Source: Candidatus Doudnabacteria bacterium
GTDB lineage: Bacteria > Patescibacteriota > Doudnabacteria > UBA920 > 2-01-FULL-46-14
NCBI GenBank assembly: GCA_041497195.1
Contig: JBGQGB010000002.1
Span: 44,140 to 108,139 of the forward strand
DNA: 64,000 nucleotides
Direction: 5' to 3'
In this document: in pieces, positions 1 to 9,052 of the stretch
How the letters are laid out: each line of letters opens with the position of its first letter
Numbering within the stretch: the stretch's first letter is position 1
Notes under the pieces: generated by a model
The model's database searches: none
What the model saw: the letters and a program-made list of their open reading frames with translations, nothing else
What the model was told of the DNA's origin: nothing
Position numbers and translations under genes: made by a program

Positions 1-435
1 GCGGAACTACCGGACCTATTTTGAGGTGGCCCGGCGGTGTCTCAAACAAGACGGGTTGTTTCTGCTTCACACGATCACTTCGCCGGAAACGAACAGGCCG
101 TTTGATCCGTGGATGGGAAGCAGATTTTCCCGGATGCTCACCTCCCCTCGCTCAAACAGATCGCCGAGGCAGTCGAGGGACTGTTCGTCATCGAGGACGT
201 TCACAACTTCGGGCCCGATTATGACCCGACCCTGCGCTCCTGGTACGACAATTTCGAGTCGCACTGGGAGGAACTGCGGAAAAAAAACCCAGGAAAATAT
301 ACGGAGCAGTTCCGCCGGAAGTGGAGGTACTATCTGCTGATGTGCGCAGGGGCATTCCGGGCCCGCAGCATCGGGGTTTGTCAGATCGTACTGTCGCCAC
401 GCGGGGTCGCGGGCGGCTACAAGAGTCTGAGGTAA
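1..435 (+). CDS. cfa: Cyclopropane-fatty-acyl-phospholipid synthase, C-terminal part (5' truncated by window; frameshift near 113-120)
   Basis: Frame 2 gives RNYRTYFEVARRCLKQDGLFLLHTI..DPW; frame 1 continues KQIFP..LPS..EDVHNFGPDYDPTLRSWYDNF..WRYYLLMCAGAFRAR, both typical Cfa segments. Confidence 0.85.
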
Positions 436-581
436 GGCACCTTTGGTTTTGTTTTTTTCAGCAGGCTGGATCCGCTTTTGGGTCCGGCCGGCTATTTTTT
501 TTGCTTTTGGGACAGGAAAACCGCTTGGATCAGGAAGCGGCGGCCGCTAGATTTGGGCAAAAATGATATAATATATCAATC

Positions 582-1913
582 ATGCTTTGGCTTCGGAACA
601 AAAAAATCAGCTTGTTTTTGGCCGCAGTTCTGATGGCGGCGTTTTCGAGCGTGTATGCGCAGAGCACGCCTACATCGTCCCCTGACGAAAAAGCGCAGTT
701 GCAGCAGCAGTTGCAGGATATCGAGGCTCAGATCCAGCAGTACCAGCAGCAGTTAGTGGAGATCGGCAGCCAGAAAAATACCCTGCAGAACAAAATCAAC
801 CAGCTGAAGAAACAAGAGGCGACCCTGTCCTTGCAGATCCAGGCCACCAGCCTGCAGGTCACCGATCTTTCCAATCAACTCGACGCCACGCAGGCCGCGA
901 TTGACCAGAACGTACTCAAAAGCCAGCAGCTAAAAAAACAGATGGCTGCAGTCATCCGGCTGACCTACGAACAGGACAACTATTCTCTGCTCGAGGTCCT
1001 CCTCTCCCAGAGTAATCTGTCCGACGCCCTCTCCGCCATTGAAAATTCTTCGCGACTCTCGGCGGCCCTCACTTCGCTCCTCAATCAGACCGCGCAAAAC
1101 ACGAAGCAGTTGGCTGAGGAGAAACAAAAGCTCAGTGACGAGCAAGAGGAGGCCAATAATCTTCTGTCCATCCAAAGCTTGCAGCAGGGACAATTGTTTG
1201 ATGCGGCCACTCAACAGTATCAGCTGCTCAAAGAAACCAAAGGCCGCGAGAGCGATTATCAGGCTGTTTTGAAAGGCACCCAGCAACAGGCGGCGGCGAT
1301 TCGGTCGCGGCTGTATGAACTGCTGGGTGTGGGGACGCAAATCACTTTTGGCCAAGCGGTCCAAATCGCCCAATGGGCCTCGGGCCAAACCGGCGTGCGC
1401 GTGGCATTTTTGCTCGCCATCCTGACTCAGGAGTCAAACCTAGGGAAAAACGTGGGCACTTGCAACCGCCCCGGCGACCCGCCCAGTAAGAGCTGGAAAG
1501 CGGTGATGAAGCCGGAGCGGGATCAGCAGCCGTTTTTGCAGATAACGAGCGAACTGGGCATGGATCCGAACATCACGCCAGTGTCCTGTCCCATGCATGA
1601 CAGCAGAGGGCGCCAAATCGGCTGGGGCGGCGCCATGGGGCCGGCGCAGTTCATCCCTTCGACCTGGCTGGGGTACAAAGACCAGGTCGCAGTCATCACT
1701 GGCAAGGCGGCCAACCCTTGGGATATCAGGGATGCGTTTCTGGCAGCGGCGATTAAGCTCAAAGCGGGCGGAGCCGGCACCCAGACCGGGGAATGGACTG
1801 CGGCCATGCTATATTTCTCCGGCTCGACCAATCCCAAATACCGTTTTTACGGGGATAGCGTGGTTGCTACCGCCGCCCAGTATCAAACTGACATCGACAA
1901 TTTGAATAAATAA
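582..1913 (+). CDS. Secreted coiled-coil protein with C-terminal lytic murein transglycosylase (SLT_2/MltB-like) domain
   Basis: Signal peptide, long Gln/Leu coiled coil, AILTQES and GGAMGPAQFIPSTW motifs. Confidence 0.85.
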   Translation: MLWLRNKKISLFLAAVLMAAFSSVYAQSTPTSSPDEKAQLQQQLQDIEAQIQQYQQQLVEIGSQKNTLQNKINQLKKQEATLSLQIQATSLQVTDLSNQLDATQAAIDQNVLKSQQLKKQMAAVIRLTYEQDNYSLLEVLLSQSNLSDALSAIENSSRLSAALTSLLNQTAQNTKQLAEEKQKLSDEQEEANNLLSIQSLQQGQLFDAATQQYQLLKETKGRESDYQAVLKGTQQQAAAIRSRLYELLGVGTQITFGQAVQIAQWASGQTGVRVAFLLAILTQESNLGKNVGTCNRPGDPPSKSWKAVMKPERDQQPFLQITSELGMDPNITPVSCPMHDSRGRQIGWGGAMGPAQFIPSTWLGYKDQVAVITGKAANPWDIRDAFLAAAIKLKAGGAGTQTGEWTAAMLYFSGSTNPKYRFYGDSVVATAAQYQTDIDNLNK

Positions 1914-1933
1914 ATTTTTACGCAGGCAAAAAC

Positions 1934-1960
1934 AAAGGCCGCCCGAGGGGCGGCCTTTTT
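1934..1960. terminator. Intrinsic terminator between convergent genes
   Basis: AAAGGCCGCCC-GAG-GGGCGGCCTTTTT. Confidence 0.8.
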
Positions 1961-1978
1961 CTCCGGGAAAAAACTAGA

Positions 1979-2410
1979 TTATTTCCAAAGCGATAAGATG
2001 ATGCCCATCACAAGCAGGACCACCAGGTAGTTGCCCAAATCTATGGACACGTATTTGAGCTTTTTGCCGCCCCAGATTTTGTCCCCCCATTTGACCGGCA
2101 GATAAAAACCCAACCAGACCCAGAAGGCGCCCTGCAGACCGGCCGAGATGCCAGTCATGCCAGGTATGGCAGCGCTATAGGCCCAGAGCATATGGGCGAG
2201 GACGTAGGCTGTCAGCAAGGACCCGACAAACTGTTGGGCATAGCCAGGGCCAGCGGACTTTTTCATCTTGGCCATCATCTCCTGGTTGTTGGGGTCCCAA
2301 CCCATCCCTTCCATCCAGAGTTTGCCAAAAAGCGGGCCGTACCAAACATAGCCAACGACCATCGACGCGATCGCGGCGACCAGCACAGCAAGATAGTTTA
2401 TTTGAGGCAT
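1979..2410 (-). CDS. DUF1761 family membrane protein
   Basis: INYLAVLVAAIASMVVGYVWYGPLFGKLW N-terminus, four TM helices. Confidence 0.85.
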   Translation of the reverse strand: MPQINYLAVLVAAIASMVVGYVWYGPLFGKLWMEGMGWDPNNQEMMAKMKKSAGPGYAQQFVGSLLTAYVLAHMLWAYSAAIPGMTGISAGLQGAFWVWLGFYLPVKWGDKIWGGKKLKYVSIDLGNYLVVLLVMGIILSLWK

Positions 2411-2487
2411 ATTTTCCCTCTAAAACTTAAGAATTAATGATTTGCTCTAGTATACACCATCGGGACCTGGTTCACAGTATTTTCACA

Positions 2488-2880
2488 TCACTCGTCCTCG
2501 GGCTCCTCGCCCTTGCTTCCCAGTAAACCCTCGGCGGAAGCAAGCCATCGAGCGTACTGGATCATGAGCGGCTCGGTTTGTTCCGCCTTCTCGCGCAGGT
2601 CATGGTACATTACTTCCTTAAATACCTCATCGTGCTCTGCAATCACCTTTTGAGCCAGGGAGGTTAGCTGTTCCAGAGCGGCTTTTACGTCCTCAAGCAG
2701 TTGCGGCACCGGTGTTTCGCCCTCTTTCCACTTGGTAATGATTTCCTCGAGGAAAGCTTTTTTTTCCAGAAACTCGGCGAGTTCTACCTGTCCTACATCG
2801 CCGGAGTTATTCTCTTGGTCAGGATGTTGGTTTTCCCGATTGTCCATAAAATTAGTTAGGTTATGGAATGCTGAATTCAT
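2488..2880 (-). CDS. Hypothetical acidic helical protein (start may be 2847)
   Basis: Open frame filling the intergenic space, no recognised motif. Confidence 0.6.
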   Translation of the reverse strand: MNSAFHNLTNFMDNRENQHPDQENNSGDVGQVELAEFLEKKAFLEEIITKWKEGETPVPQLLEDVKAALEQLTSLAQKVIAEHDEVFKEVMYHDLREKAEQTEPLMIQYARWLASAEGLLGSKGEEPEDE

Positions 2881-2970
2881 TTTACCGCAGCCAGGTCAGA
2901 ACTCAAAATTTCGAGGGCAAAAAAACGACTATTGGTTTTGCTCGTGGAGGTTTTTTGTTATGATGCATGT

Positions 2971-3540
2971 ATGAACATCAAATCCGCCGAGTTTGTAAAG
3001 GGCGTGGTCGGGGAAGACAAAATTTTGCAGGACGGCACCCCGCAGATAGCTTTTATTGGCCGTTCCAACGTGGGCAAGTCCAGTGTGATTAATTCTCTAG
3101 CAAACCAGAAAGACTTGGCTAGAACCAGTTCTTTTCCCGGCCGGACCCAGGAGATAAATATATATTTGATCAATAAATCTTTTTATTTGGTAGACTTGCC
3201 AGGGTATGGCTTTGCCAAGGCTTCATGGAAAGAGCGGGAGCAGTTGCAAAAATTGATTTATTGGTACTTGCTGGACTCAGACAGCGAACAGAAAAAAGTC
3301 GTCCTCATCGTGGATGCAAACGTAGGTCCCACAGACCTGGATCTGGAAATACTCCATGCTTTAGAAGAACAGGAAAAGGACATCATCATCGTCGCGAACA
3401 AAATAGACAAGATAAAAAAATCAGAATACAAAAAATTACTTCAAAAAGTCCAGGACGCGGTCGGCGATTACAAAGTCATTCCATACTCCGCGGAACAGAA
3501 AATCGGCCTGGGAAGCCTCATAAATGAAATTTTAAACTAA
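2971..3540 (+). CDS. engB: Ribosome biogenesis GTPase YihA/YsxC/EngB
   Basis: GRSNVGKSS, PGRTQ, VDLPGYG, NKIDK motifs. Confidence 0.95.
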   Translation: MNIKSAEFVKGVVGEDKILQDGTPQIAFIGRSNVGKSSVINSLANQKDLARTSSFPGRTQEINIYLINKSFYLVDLPGYGFAKASWKEREQLQKLIYWYLLDSDSEQKKVVLIVDANVGPTDLDLEILHALEEQEKDIIIVANKIDKIKKSEYKKLLQKVQDAVGDYKVIPYSAEQKIGLGSLINEILN

Positions 3541-4790
3541 TGACAAGACCGCTTTCCTACGACGTGGCAGTCATCGGCGGCGGCCCGGCTGGCATGATGG
3601 CAGCAGGGCGGGCCGCTGAACTGGGAGCCAGAGTGGTTTTGCTTGAGAAAAACGCCAAACTCGGCAAAAAGCTCCTGATTACGGGCGGCGGCCGCTGCAA
3701 TATCACCAATGCCGAACTCGACGTAAAAAAAATGGTGGCCAAGTACGGCCGGAAAGGAAAGGCCCTATTCGGCGCTTTTGCCCGTTTTGGCGTGGAAGAT
3801 ACTCTGCATTTTTTTGAGCAACGCAAACTGCCCATAAAAATCGAGGCGGAAAAAAGAGCCTTCCCTGTAAGCCAAAAAGCCGAAGATGTCTGGAAAGTAA
3901 TGGTTGACTATTTGAAACAGGGTCGCGTGGACGTCGTATACAATGCCGCGGTAACCGGCCTCGCCTCCGAGCTGGGAAAAATCACAGCCGTGAAACTCAG
4001 CAAGGGCGAAATCCGCGCCAAAAACTACATAGTCGCCACGGGCGGAAAATCGCGGCCCGAAACCGGATCCACTGGCGAAGGATTTTTGTGGATGCAGAGC
4101 CTCGGCCACACGGTAGAAGAGTCAGACCCGGCCCTGGTGCCCATAAAAATCAAAGAAAATTGGGTCAAAAAACTTTCCGGGGTGAGTTTTTCCCGCGCCA
4201 AGCTGACGGTTTTCCAGGACAAGAAGAAGCAAGACAGCGGCACCGGAAAAATTCTCCTGACTCATTTCGGCCTGAGCGGCCCCCTAACTCTCAATATGAG
4301 CAAAAATGTCGCCGAGCTGTATAAGTACGCCCCGGTTGATTTGGAATTGGACCTCTATCCGGATCTGGACGCGATGGCTCTGGATAAAAAAGTCCTGCAA
4401 CACATTGGCTCGTCTTTGAATAAAAAACTAAAAAACAATTTGGGGGCAATAGTTCCTCCAAAAATGATCAGTACTATTTTGGAACTCGCGGAAATAGATC
4501 CGGAAAAGGCGGGAAACGCGCTGACCAAAGGAGAACGATCAAAAATCGTAAAACTCATCAAAGCCTTGCCTATGAGCGTTGCCGGGTTTCTTGGGGTGGA
4601 AAAAGCTATTGTCACCTCTGGCGGGGTATCGCTCAAAGAAATAGATTTCAAAACCGTGCAATCCAAACTCTATACAAACCTATACTTAGCCGGCGACATC
4701 CTCAATTTTGACCGCCCCTCGGGCGGCTTCTCCCTGCAAATCTGCTGGACCAGTGGATTTTTGGCAGGAGAAAACAGCGCCAAAGGCTAA
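3540..4790 (+). CDS. HI0933/BaiN family NAD(P)/FAD-dependent oxidoreductase
   Basis: GGGPAGMMAA, GKKLLITGGGRCNITN, THFGLSGP, VTSGGV, GGFSLQ. Confidence 0.92.
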   Translation: MTRPLSYDVAVIGGGPAGMMAAGRAAELGARVVLLEKNAKLGKKLLITGGGRCNITNAELDVKKMVAKYGRKGKALFGAFARFGVEDTLHFFEQRKLPIKIEAEKRAFPVSQKAEDVWKVMVDYLKQGRVDVVYNAAVTGLASELGKITAVKLSKGEIRAKNYIVATGGKSRPETGSTGEGFLWMQSLGHTVEESDPALVPIKIKENWVKKLSGVSFSRAKLTVFQDKKKQDSGTGKILLTHFGLSGPLTLNMSKNVAELYKYAPVDLELDLYPDLDAMALDKKVLQHIGSSLNKKLKNNLGAIVPPKMISTILELAEIDPEKAGNALTKGERSKIVKLIKALPMSVAGFLGVEKAIVTSGGVSLKEIDFKTVQSKLYTNLYLAGDILNFDRPSGGFSLQICWTSGFLAGENSAKG

Positions 4791-4865
4791 ACTGAAAAGC
4801 AGAGGACGGCTCCGCGCTGGCACGCGCACGCTTATATTAAAGGAGATGAAAAAATCCCTTAATCA

Positions 4866-5945
4866 CTAATCTTTTAGTACTTCTTTCAGACCCTCGGCTA
4901 AAGAAGCGGTATTAGGTAGTGAATGACTGAGAAAACTGAGTCCTTCTCTCATGAGCTGATAATCGCGAGCTTTCATCAATTCATCTTTGCTGGAGAAATT
5001 TTCCAGAAGAGTTGCCCTATATTTCTCCATGGCTGAGCGAAGCTTGTCGCCTGACAGCATCGATAGGCTAATTGCGCCAAGTGGATCGGAGCGCATCAAG
5101 AGCCACACCTGTTCCTCCGACAAATTTGGGAAACTTGTAAGGTCAACCGCGGCTCCAAAATCAATAAAGCGAATATCACCCGATTTACTAACCATGGTGT
5201 GAGACTTGCCCAGGTCGTCGCGTAGCAGTTGGTCGTTAATCACAATATTGTGCTTATGTAGCTTTTTTATTCCTTCGCCAATTTGACGCCCTAAGTTTCG
5301 CATGAATTCGGGAGTGCAGATTTTCGGGTCAAGTTTGGAAATCAGGTTACCTTCAATGAATTCTTCAGTCAAATAGCGCTTGATAGATTCAAATTGTCGA
5401 GGCCCCACCTGCAATTCGTCGGCAAGTTTAGCGATTTCTTTTTCCCCGCTATTTTCAAGCGTTTTAACCGCGTAGGCTTGATCGGAAAAAGCTATTTTTA
5501 CTGCGATCTTCCGTCCTTGAGTTGGCAGGATAAACACCTCCGGCTGTTGCCCTTGACTAATGCGTTCCCAAATTATCGGAAAGAACCCAGCCATAGAATA
5601 CCTTTTGAGGTTTTCGTCGTTTTCTACTCGGTTCAGCAGCAGCTCGTCCACCTGCGTTTCTCCGGCTAGAGCCTCTCGGATGACATTGATCTCTTCATCT
5701 GTGTAAGTTTGGTGGGTAGGATTATCAGCAATTTCAACCTGTTTGTTACCTAAACGCAGCTGGGCTAAGTATTTTTGATATTGTTCCGGATAGCGCTCCT
5801 TCAATTGTTCAACTGGAAGAAGCAGGCTCGCTTCTCGTTCGTTTTTTGGGACAAGAGGTTCGCCTAAATGTTGCTCAGCGGAGTCTAGCTGAGCCTCTAG
5901 TTCTTCCTTGCTCTTTGGTCGAAAGCGACTATTTTCTGGGTTCAT
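4866..5945 (-). CDS. Atypical protein-kinase-like protein (Bud32/RIO/Kdo-like fold)
   Basis: YAVK, EKEIA (alphaC), LHKHNIVIND, FIDFG; start set at 5945 because the ATG at 6050 overlaps a likely -10 box. Confidence 0.65.
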   Translation of the reverse strand: MNPENSRFRPKSKEELEAQLDSAEQHLGEPLVPKNEREASLLLPVEQLKERYPEQYQKYLAQLRLGNKQVEIADNPTHQTYTDEEINVIREALAGETQVDELLLNRVENDENLKRYSMAGFFPIIWERISQGQQPEVFILPTQGRKIAVKIAFSDQAYAVKTLENSGEKEIAKLADELQVGPRQFESIKRYLTEEFIEGNLISKLDPKICTPEFMRNLGRQIGEGIKKLHKHNIVINDQLLRDDLGKSHTMVSKSGDIRFIDFGAAVDLTSFPNLSEEQVWLLMRSDPLGAISLSMLSGDKLRSAMEKYRATLLENFSSKDELMKARDYQLMREGLSFLSHSLPNTASLAEGLKEVLKD

Positions 5946-6097
5946 AGGTTGTAGCTTTTTGTCAGAAAATCTTTTTTGAGATTTGGCGCTAAATTTTTCC
6001 GCATAGAATTTATATTTAGGGGCTTTTCCAGCAGGCCTTTCTAAAGTCATTTTAACACACTTGGTCAGGGGTCAAAATGGTCCGGGCCGCAGCCGCC

Positions 6098-6126
6098 TTG
6101 ACACTAGTGGCAAAATTTAGTATTAT
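6098..6126 (+). promoter_or_regulatory. Sigma70-type promoter
   Basis: TTGACA-17 nt-TATTAT, followed by GAGGAG SD upstream of 6167. Confidence 0.75.
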
Positions 6127-6166
6127 GTGAAGTTCGCATCAAAATCCTGAGGAGGAGAAAAAAGAT

Positions 6167-6493
6167 ATGGCTACGCAGGGACTGGTCACAGTGCTGAAGG
6201 ATGGGAAAGTCCGGATGAAGATTGTCGCTGGCACTAACGGCAGCAAAGCTGCAGTGGTGGCTCGGGCTATCAAAGACCTGAGGCGCGTGCCTACTCTGAA
6301 GGAGGCTTACCAGTTGGCCGCAGAGCACAACTTCGGGACGCGGCAGGATCTCATCGTCATCAACCAGAAAAGGGCAAAATACGAAGGCAGCGAGCCGCTT
6401 CCGCCGCGCTACCGGAGCACGTTCAACTCGCCGGTTTTCAATCCGCGATGGAAATACGGTATCGCTGACCATGTCGAGGTCGTGAGACTCTAA
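6167..6493 (+). CDS. Hypothetical protein
   Basis: Own promoter, SD and downstream hairpin/T-run. Confidence 0.75.
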   Translation: MATQGLVTVLKDGKVRMKIVAGTNGSKAAVVARAIKDLRRVPTLKEAYQLAAEHNFGTRQDLIVINQKRAKYEGSEPLPPRYRSTFNSPVFNPRWKYGIADHVEVVRL

Positions 6494-6617
6494 CCCGACC
6501 GAGCCACCTGAAAAAACCGACCCGCCGAGGCCATCAGCCAAGGTGGGTCAATTTTTTTAGTATTTTTTATGGCAGTGTGCCCTGGGCTAGAACCAGCTAC
6601 AGTAAGGTTTTAGACTG

Positions 6618-7013
6618 CTATTTCTCGAGCATTTTTTTCAAAGGCTCCCAGTAGTAGGTTTTCCAGCCGCCGGTGATGTTTTTTGCATCACTCATGGGTA
6701 TCCCTTTTTGGCTGAACATCAGCTTTGTCCCGTTTTTGGTTTCTTTCAGGAGGTACGTGATAGTGGAGGAGTGACCGACTGGCCAGTTGGATGCGCGCCA
6801 GGACTGCACGATTTTTTTGTCCGGGATGAGCTCGAGGTTTTTGCCGCTGATATAGTCGCCATGCGCAGTGAAACTGCCGCCGACTATGCGGCTGATCTTG
6901 GCAGGAGAGCTAGTGAACTTGGCATGTTTTTTGCTATCCATCAGCGCTTCGTAAATCGCATGAGCACTTGCCCTGATCATCAGGCCTTGCTTGAGGTCTT
7001 TGGTTTTGAGCAT
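6618..7013 (-). CDS. SRPBCC/AHSA1 domain protein
   Basis: IYEALMDSKKHAKFT, GKNLELIPDKKIVQSWR, GWKTYYWEPLK. Confidence 0.9.
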   Translation of the reverse strand: MLKTKDLKQGLMIRASAHAIYEALMDSKKHAKFTSSPAKISRIVGGSFTAHGDYISGKNLELIPDKKIVQSWRASNWPVGHSSTITYLLKETKNGTKLMFSQKGIPMSDAKNITGGWKTYYWEPLKKMLEK

Positions 7014-7075
7014 GGGTTTTTGAGTCAATTTTGGAGAAGAGTCTTGGCTTTTATATTTTAGCACATTCCAAAAAC

Positions 7076-7106
7076 AAAAACCCTTCCCCGAGATTTGGGG
7101 GAAGGG
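7076..7106 (-). terminator. Intrinsic terminator
   Basis: CCCTTCCCC/GGGGAAGGG stem with T-run on the minus strand. Confidence 0.65.
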
Positions 7107-7157
7107 GTCTGTATCACTTTGATTTCCGGGTGAAAAAATATAAAAAAAGACGTGAAA

Positions 7158-7568
7158 CTATTTCCAAGTACCCAGGATGAGGCCGGCTGCTACCATAGTG
7201 AGGAGACTGTTGCCAGCTCCGAGCCAGAACAATTTCATTTTCCCGCCCCAGAGCGCTTGCCCCAACTGAATGGGGATCATGAAGCCGATCCAGGCAAATA
7301 GCGCGGTGATGACTGCGCCTGACAAGCTGGTAATATGGAGGTTGATGATGAATCGATCGAGCACGATAAAAGTCACGACCGAGGCGATGAACTGCCAGAC
7401 ATAAGTCATCATCATGGACTTTTTCATCTTTGCTTGCTCCTCCGAGCTCAATTTATCCATGCCCATGAGGGAGATATACATTTTGCCAAAAAGCGGGCCA
7501 AACCAGACAGAGCCGATAATCATGCTGGCGATCGCAGAGGCCAAAATCGCTAACCAATTAAGCTGCAT
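7158..7568 (-). CDS. DUF1761 family membrane protein (second copy)
   Basis: LNWLAILASAIASMIIGSVWFGPLFGK; paralog of 1979-2410. Confidence 0.85.
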   Translation of the reverse strand: MQLNWLAILASAIASMIIGSVWFGPLFGKMYISLMGMDKLSSEEQAKMKKSMMMTYVWQFIASVVTFIVLDRFIINLHITSLSGAVITALFAWIGFMIPIQLGQALWGGKMKLFWLGAGNSLLTMVAAGLILGTWK

Positions 7569-7698
7569 TTATATTTCCACCCCCTCTCAAAAGTTTAGTT
7601 TCTAATTTGCAGATTCACTCGCTATTATCATCATTTCTTGTTTGATATTCTTGGTTTTGAGCATATTTATTGAGCCAACGTTTAAAATTGTTAAAGGT

Positions 7699-8094
7699 TT
7701 ATAAAAAGTCCACGAGCTTTTCTAATTGAGGGACTTTCGGTAGTTGTTTAATTTCATGCTTACTGAAGAATTTCATATCAACACATTCGTCTGACGGTTT
7801 GAAATCGAGGCTGCTAAAGCTAACCTTGTAAAAAACCATAATTCTGCCCCTTCCCACTTGATCGATTGTGGGATAGACGATAAATGGTTGTTGCTCCAAG
7901 ACTTCACATTCGAGGCCGGTTTCTTCTAGACATTCTCTTTTCAAACTTTCTATAAATTCTTCACCTTTTTGAATTCTACCGCCAGGAGGTTCCCAAAGTC
8001 CGTCCTTTTGCTGCAGCATCATTAACTTATTTTCTTTGTCAAAAAACAAGCCTTTGACTGAAACTTGGAAGATATTGTCGTTGGTATTATCCAT
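7699..8094 (-). CDS. NUDIX hydrolase
   Basis: Nudix box PGGRIQKGEEFIESLKRECLEETG. Confidence 0.9.
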   Translation of the reverse strand: MDNTNDNIFQVSVKGLFFDKENKLMMLQQKDGLWEPPGGRIQKGEEFIESLKRECLEETGLECEVLEQQPFIVYPTIDQVGRGRIMVFYKVSFSSLDFKPSDECVDMKFFSKHEIKQLPKVPQLEKLVDFL

Positions 8095-8150
8095 AGATTT
8101 TGTTTTGGCAATAAATCAAAGCTTTGTAAACTTTAGTCTTGTTTGTTTTT

Positions 8151-8609
8151 TTATAAGTATTTATTTGCAGATAAAAAATCATAGACCTGGATGACTTCCT
8201 CGACTTTTATGAGCCCATAATTGAGAGTTTTCATAGAAAGATGCTCAAATTTTTCGCCGATTAGACTTTTTCCAATAGCATCGTCTGCCAATAAATAATG
8301 GGCAATTTGAATACGGTATTCATTCAATTGTTCGAGCAAAAAAATAAAATCTTTTCGAAGTCCAAGCTTTTTTAATTCAACTATTGAAGCTCCAAGAGTA
8401 AATTTCTCAGTTTTTTTCTCTGTGTAATGATATTTATTACGAAGTAGTTTTTTAAGTACAAATTCAACTAATTGAACCTTGCCCATAAACATACCATACT
8501 GTTCAAGAAAGCTAAGTTTGTCCAGAGGAACCAGCGTCTTAGAAATTTTTGTTATTAGTTCTTTAGGTTTGAGTTTTTTATTAAATCTTCTTTTTTTATC
8601 CTTGGCCAT
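8151..8609 (-). CDS. Hypothetical helical protein, AT-rich
   Basis: 152-aa ORF; TLG..I..L and LNEYR..AH segments are weakly HEPN-like. Confidence 0.65.
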   Translation of the reverse strand: MAKDKKRRFNKKLKPKELITKISKTLVPLDKLSFLEQYGMFMGKVQLVEFVLKKLLRNKYHYTEKKTEKFTLGASIVELKKLGLRKDFIFLLEQLNEYRIQIAHYLLADDAIGKSLIGEKFEHLSMKTLNYGLIKVEEVIQVYDFLSANKYL

Positions 8610-8809
8610 TTCTTAATCTCCACCTCCCTTTGCATTGCTTTTCTCAGGGCCCTAAATTTTTCCGTATAAATTATCTTTCCGCCACCGTGAGTTCTGACAT
8701 AGATTGATCCTTTGCCTGCATTGTGGCGCTTTTCCCGAGCTGCCAGGTCATTGGTACTGCCGCAATATAAGGTGCCATCTTTGCAGCGGAGAATGTAGAA
8801 GTAGTGCAT
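8555..8809 (-). CDS. GIY-YIG nuclease (YhbQ/UPF0213-like)
   Basis: YFYILRCKDGTLYCGSTNDL..R..HN.GKG, RE.EIK. Confidence 0.9.
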   Translation of the reverse strand: MHYFYILRCKDGTLYCGSTNDLAAREKRHNAGKGSIYVRTHGGGKIIYTEKFRALRKAMQREVEIKKWPRIKKEDLIKNSNLKN

Positions 8810-8822
8810 TTGGTTTTAAATT

Positions 8823-8897
8823 TGGCAGCCCTACAGGGAATCGAACCCTGATTTAATGGCTGAGAACCATTCGTCCTGACCATTAGACGATAGGGCC
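8823..8897 (-). tRNA. tRNA-Glu (anticodon CTC)
   Basis: GGCCCTA..AATGG-TTCTCAG-CCATT..CAGGG-TTCGATT-CCCTG-TAGGGCT-GCCA cloverleaf with encoded CCA. Confidence 0.96.
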
Positions 8898-9052
8898 GCG
8901 GCGGCTTGGCGATAGCCAAGCCGCTAAGAAACTGGCTTAATTATACTGAAAAAAACGATAGAAAACAATTGCCGGATTTTGCCGCGGCGGTTTGATTTGA
9001 CCGGGGTTTTGTTGTATCATGAGACCCGATGATCATCAGTCAAGGAGGAAGT

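Noticed and set aside
8671-8919. 82-aa ORF spanning the tRNA
   Set aside because: It overlaps tRNA-Glu and the GIY-YIG gene in another frame; spurious
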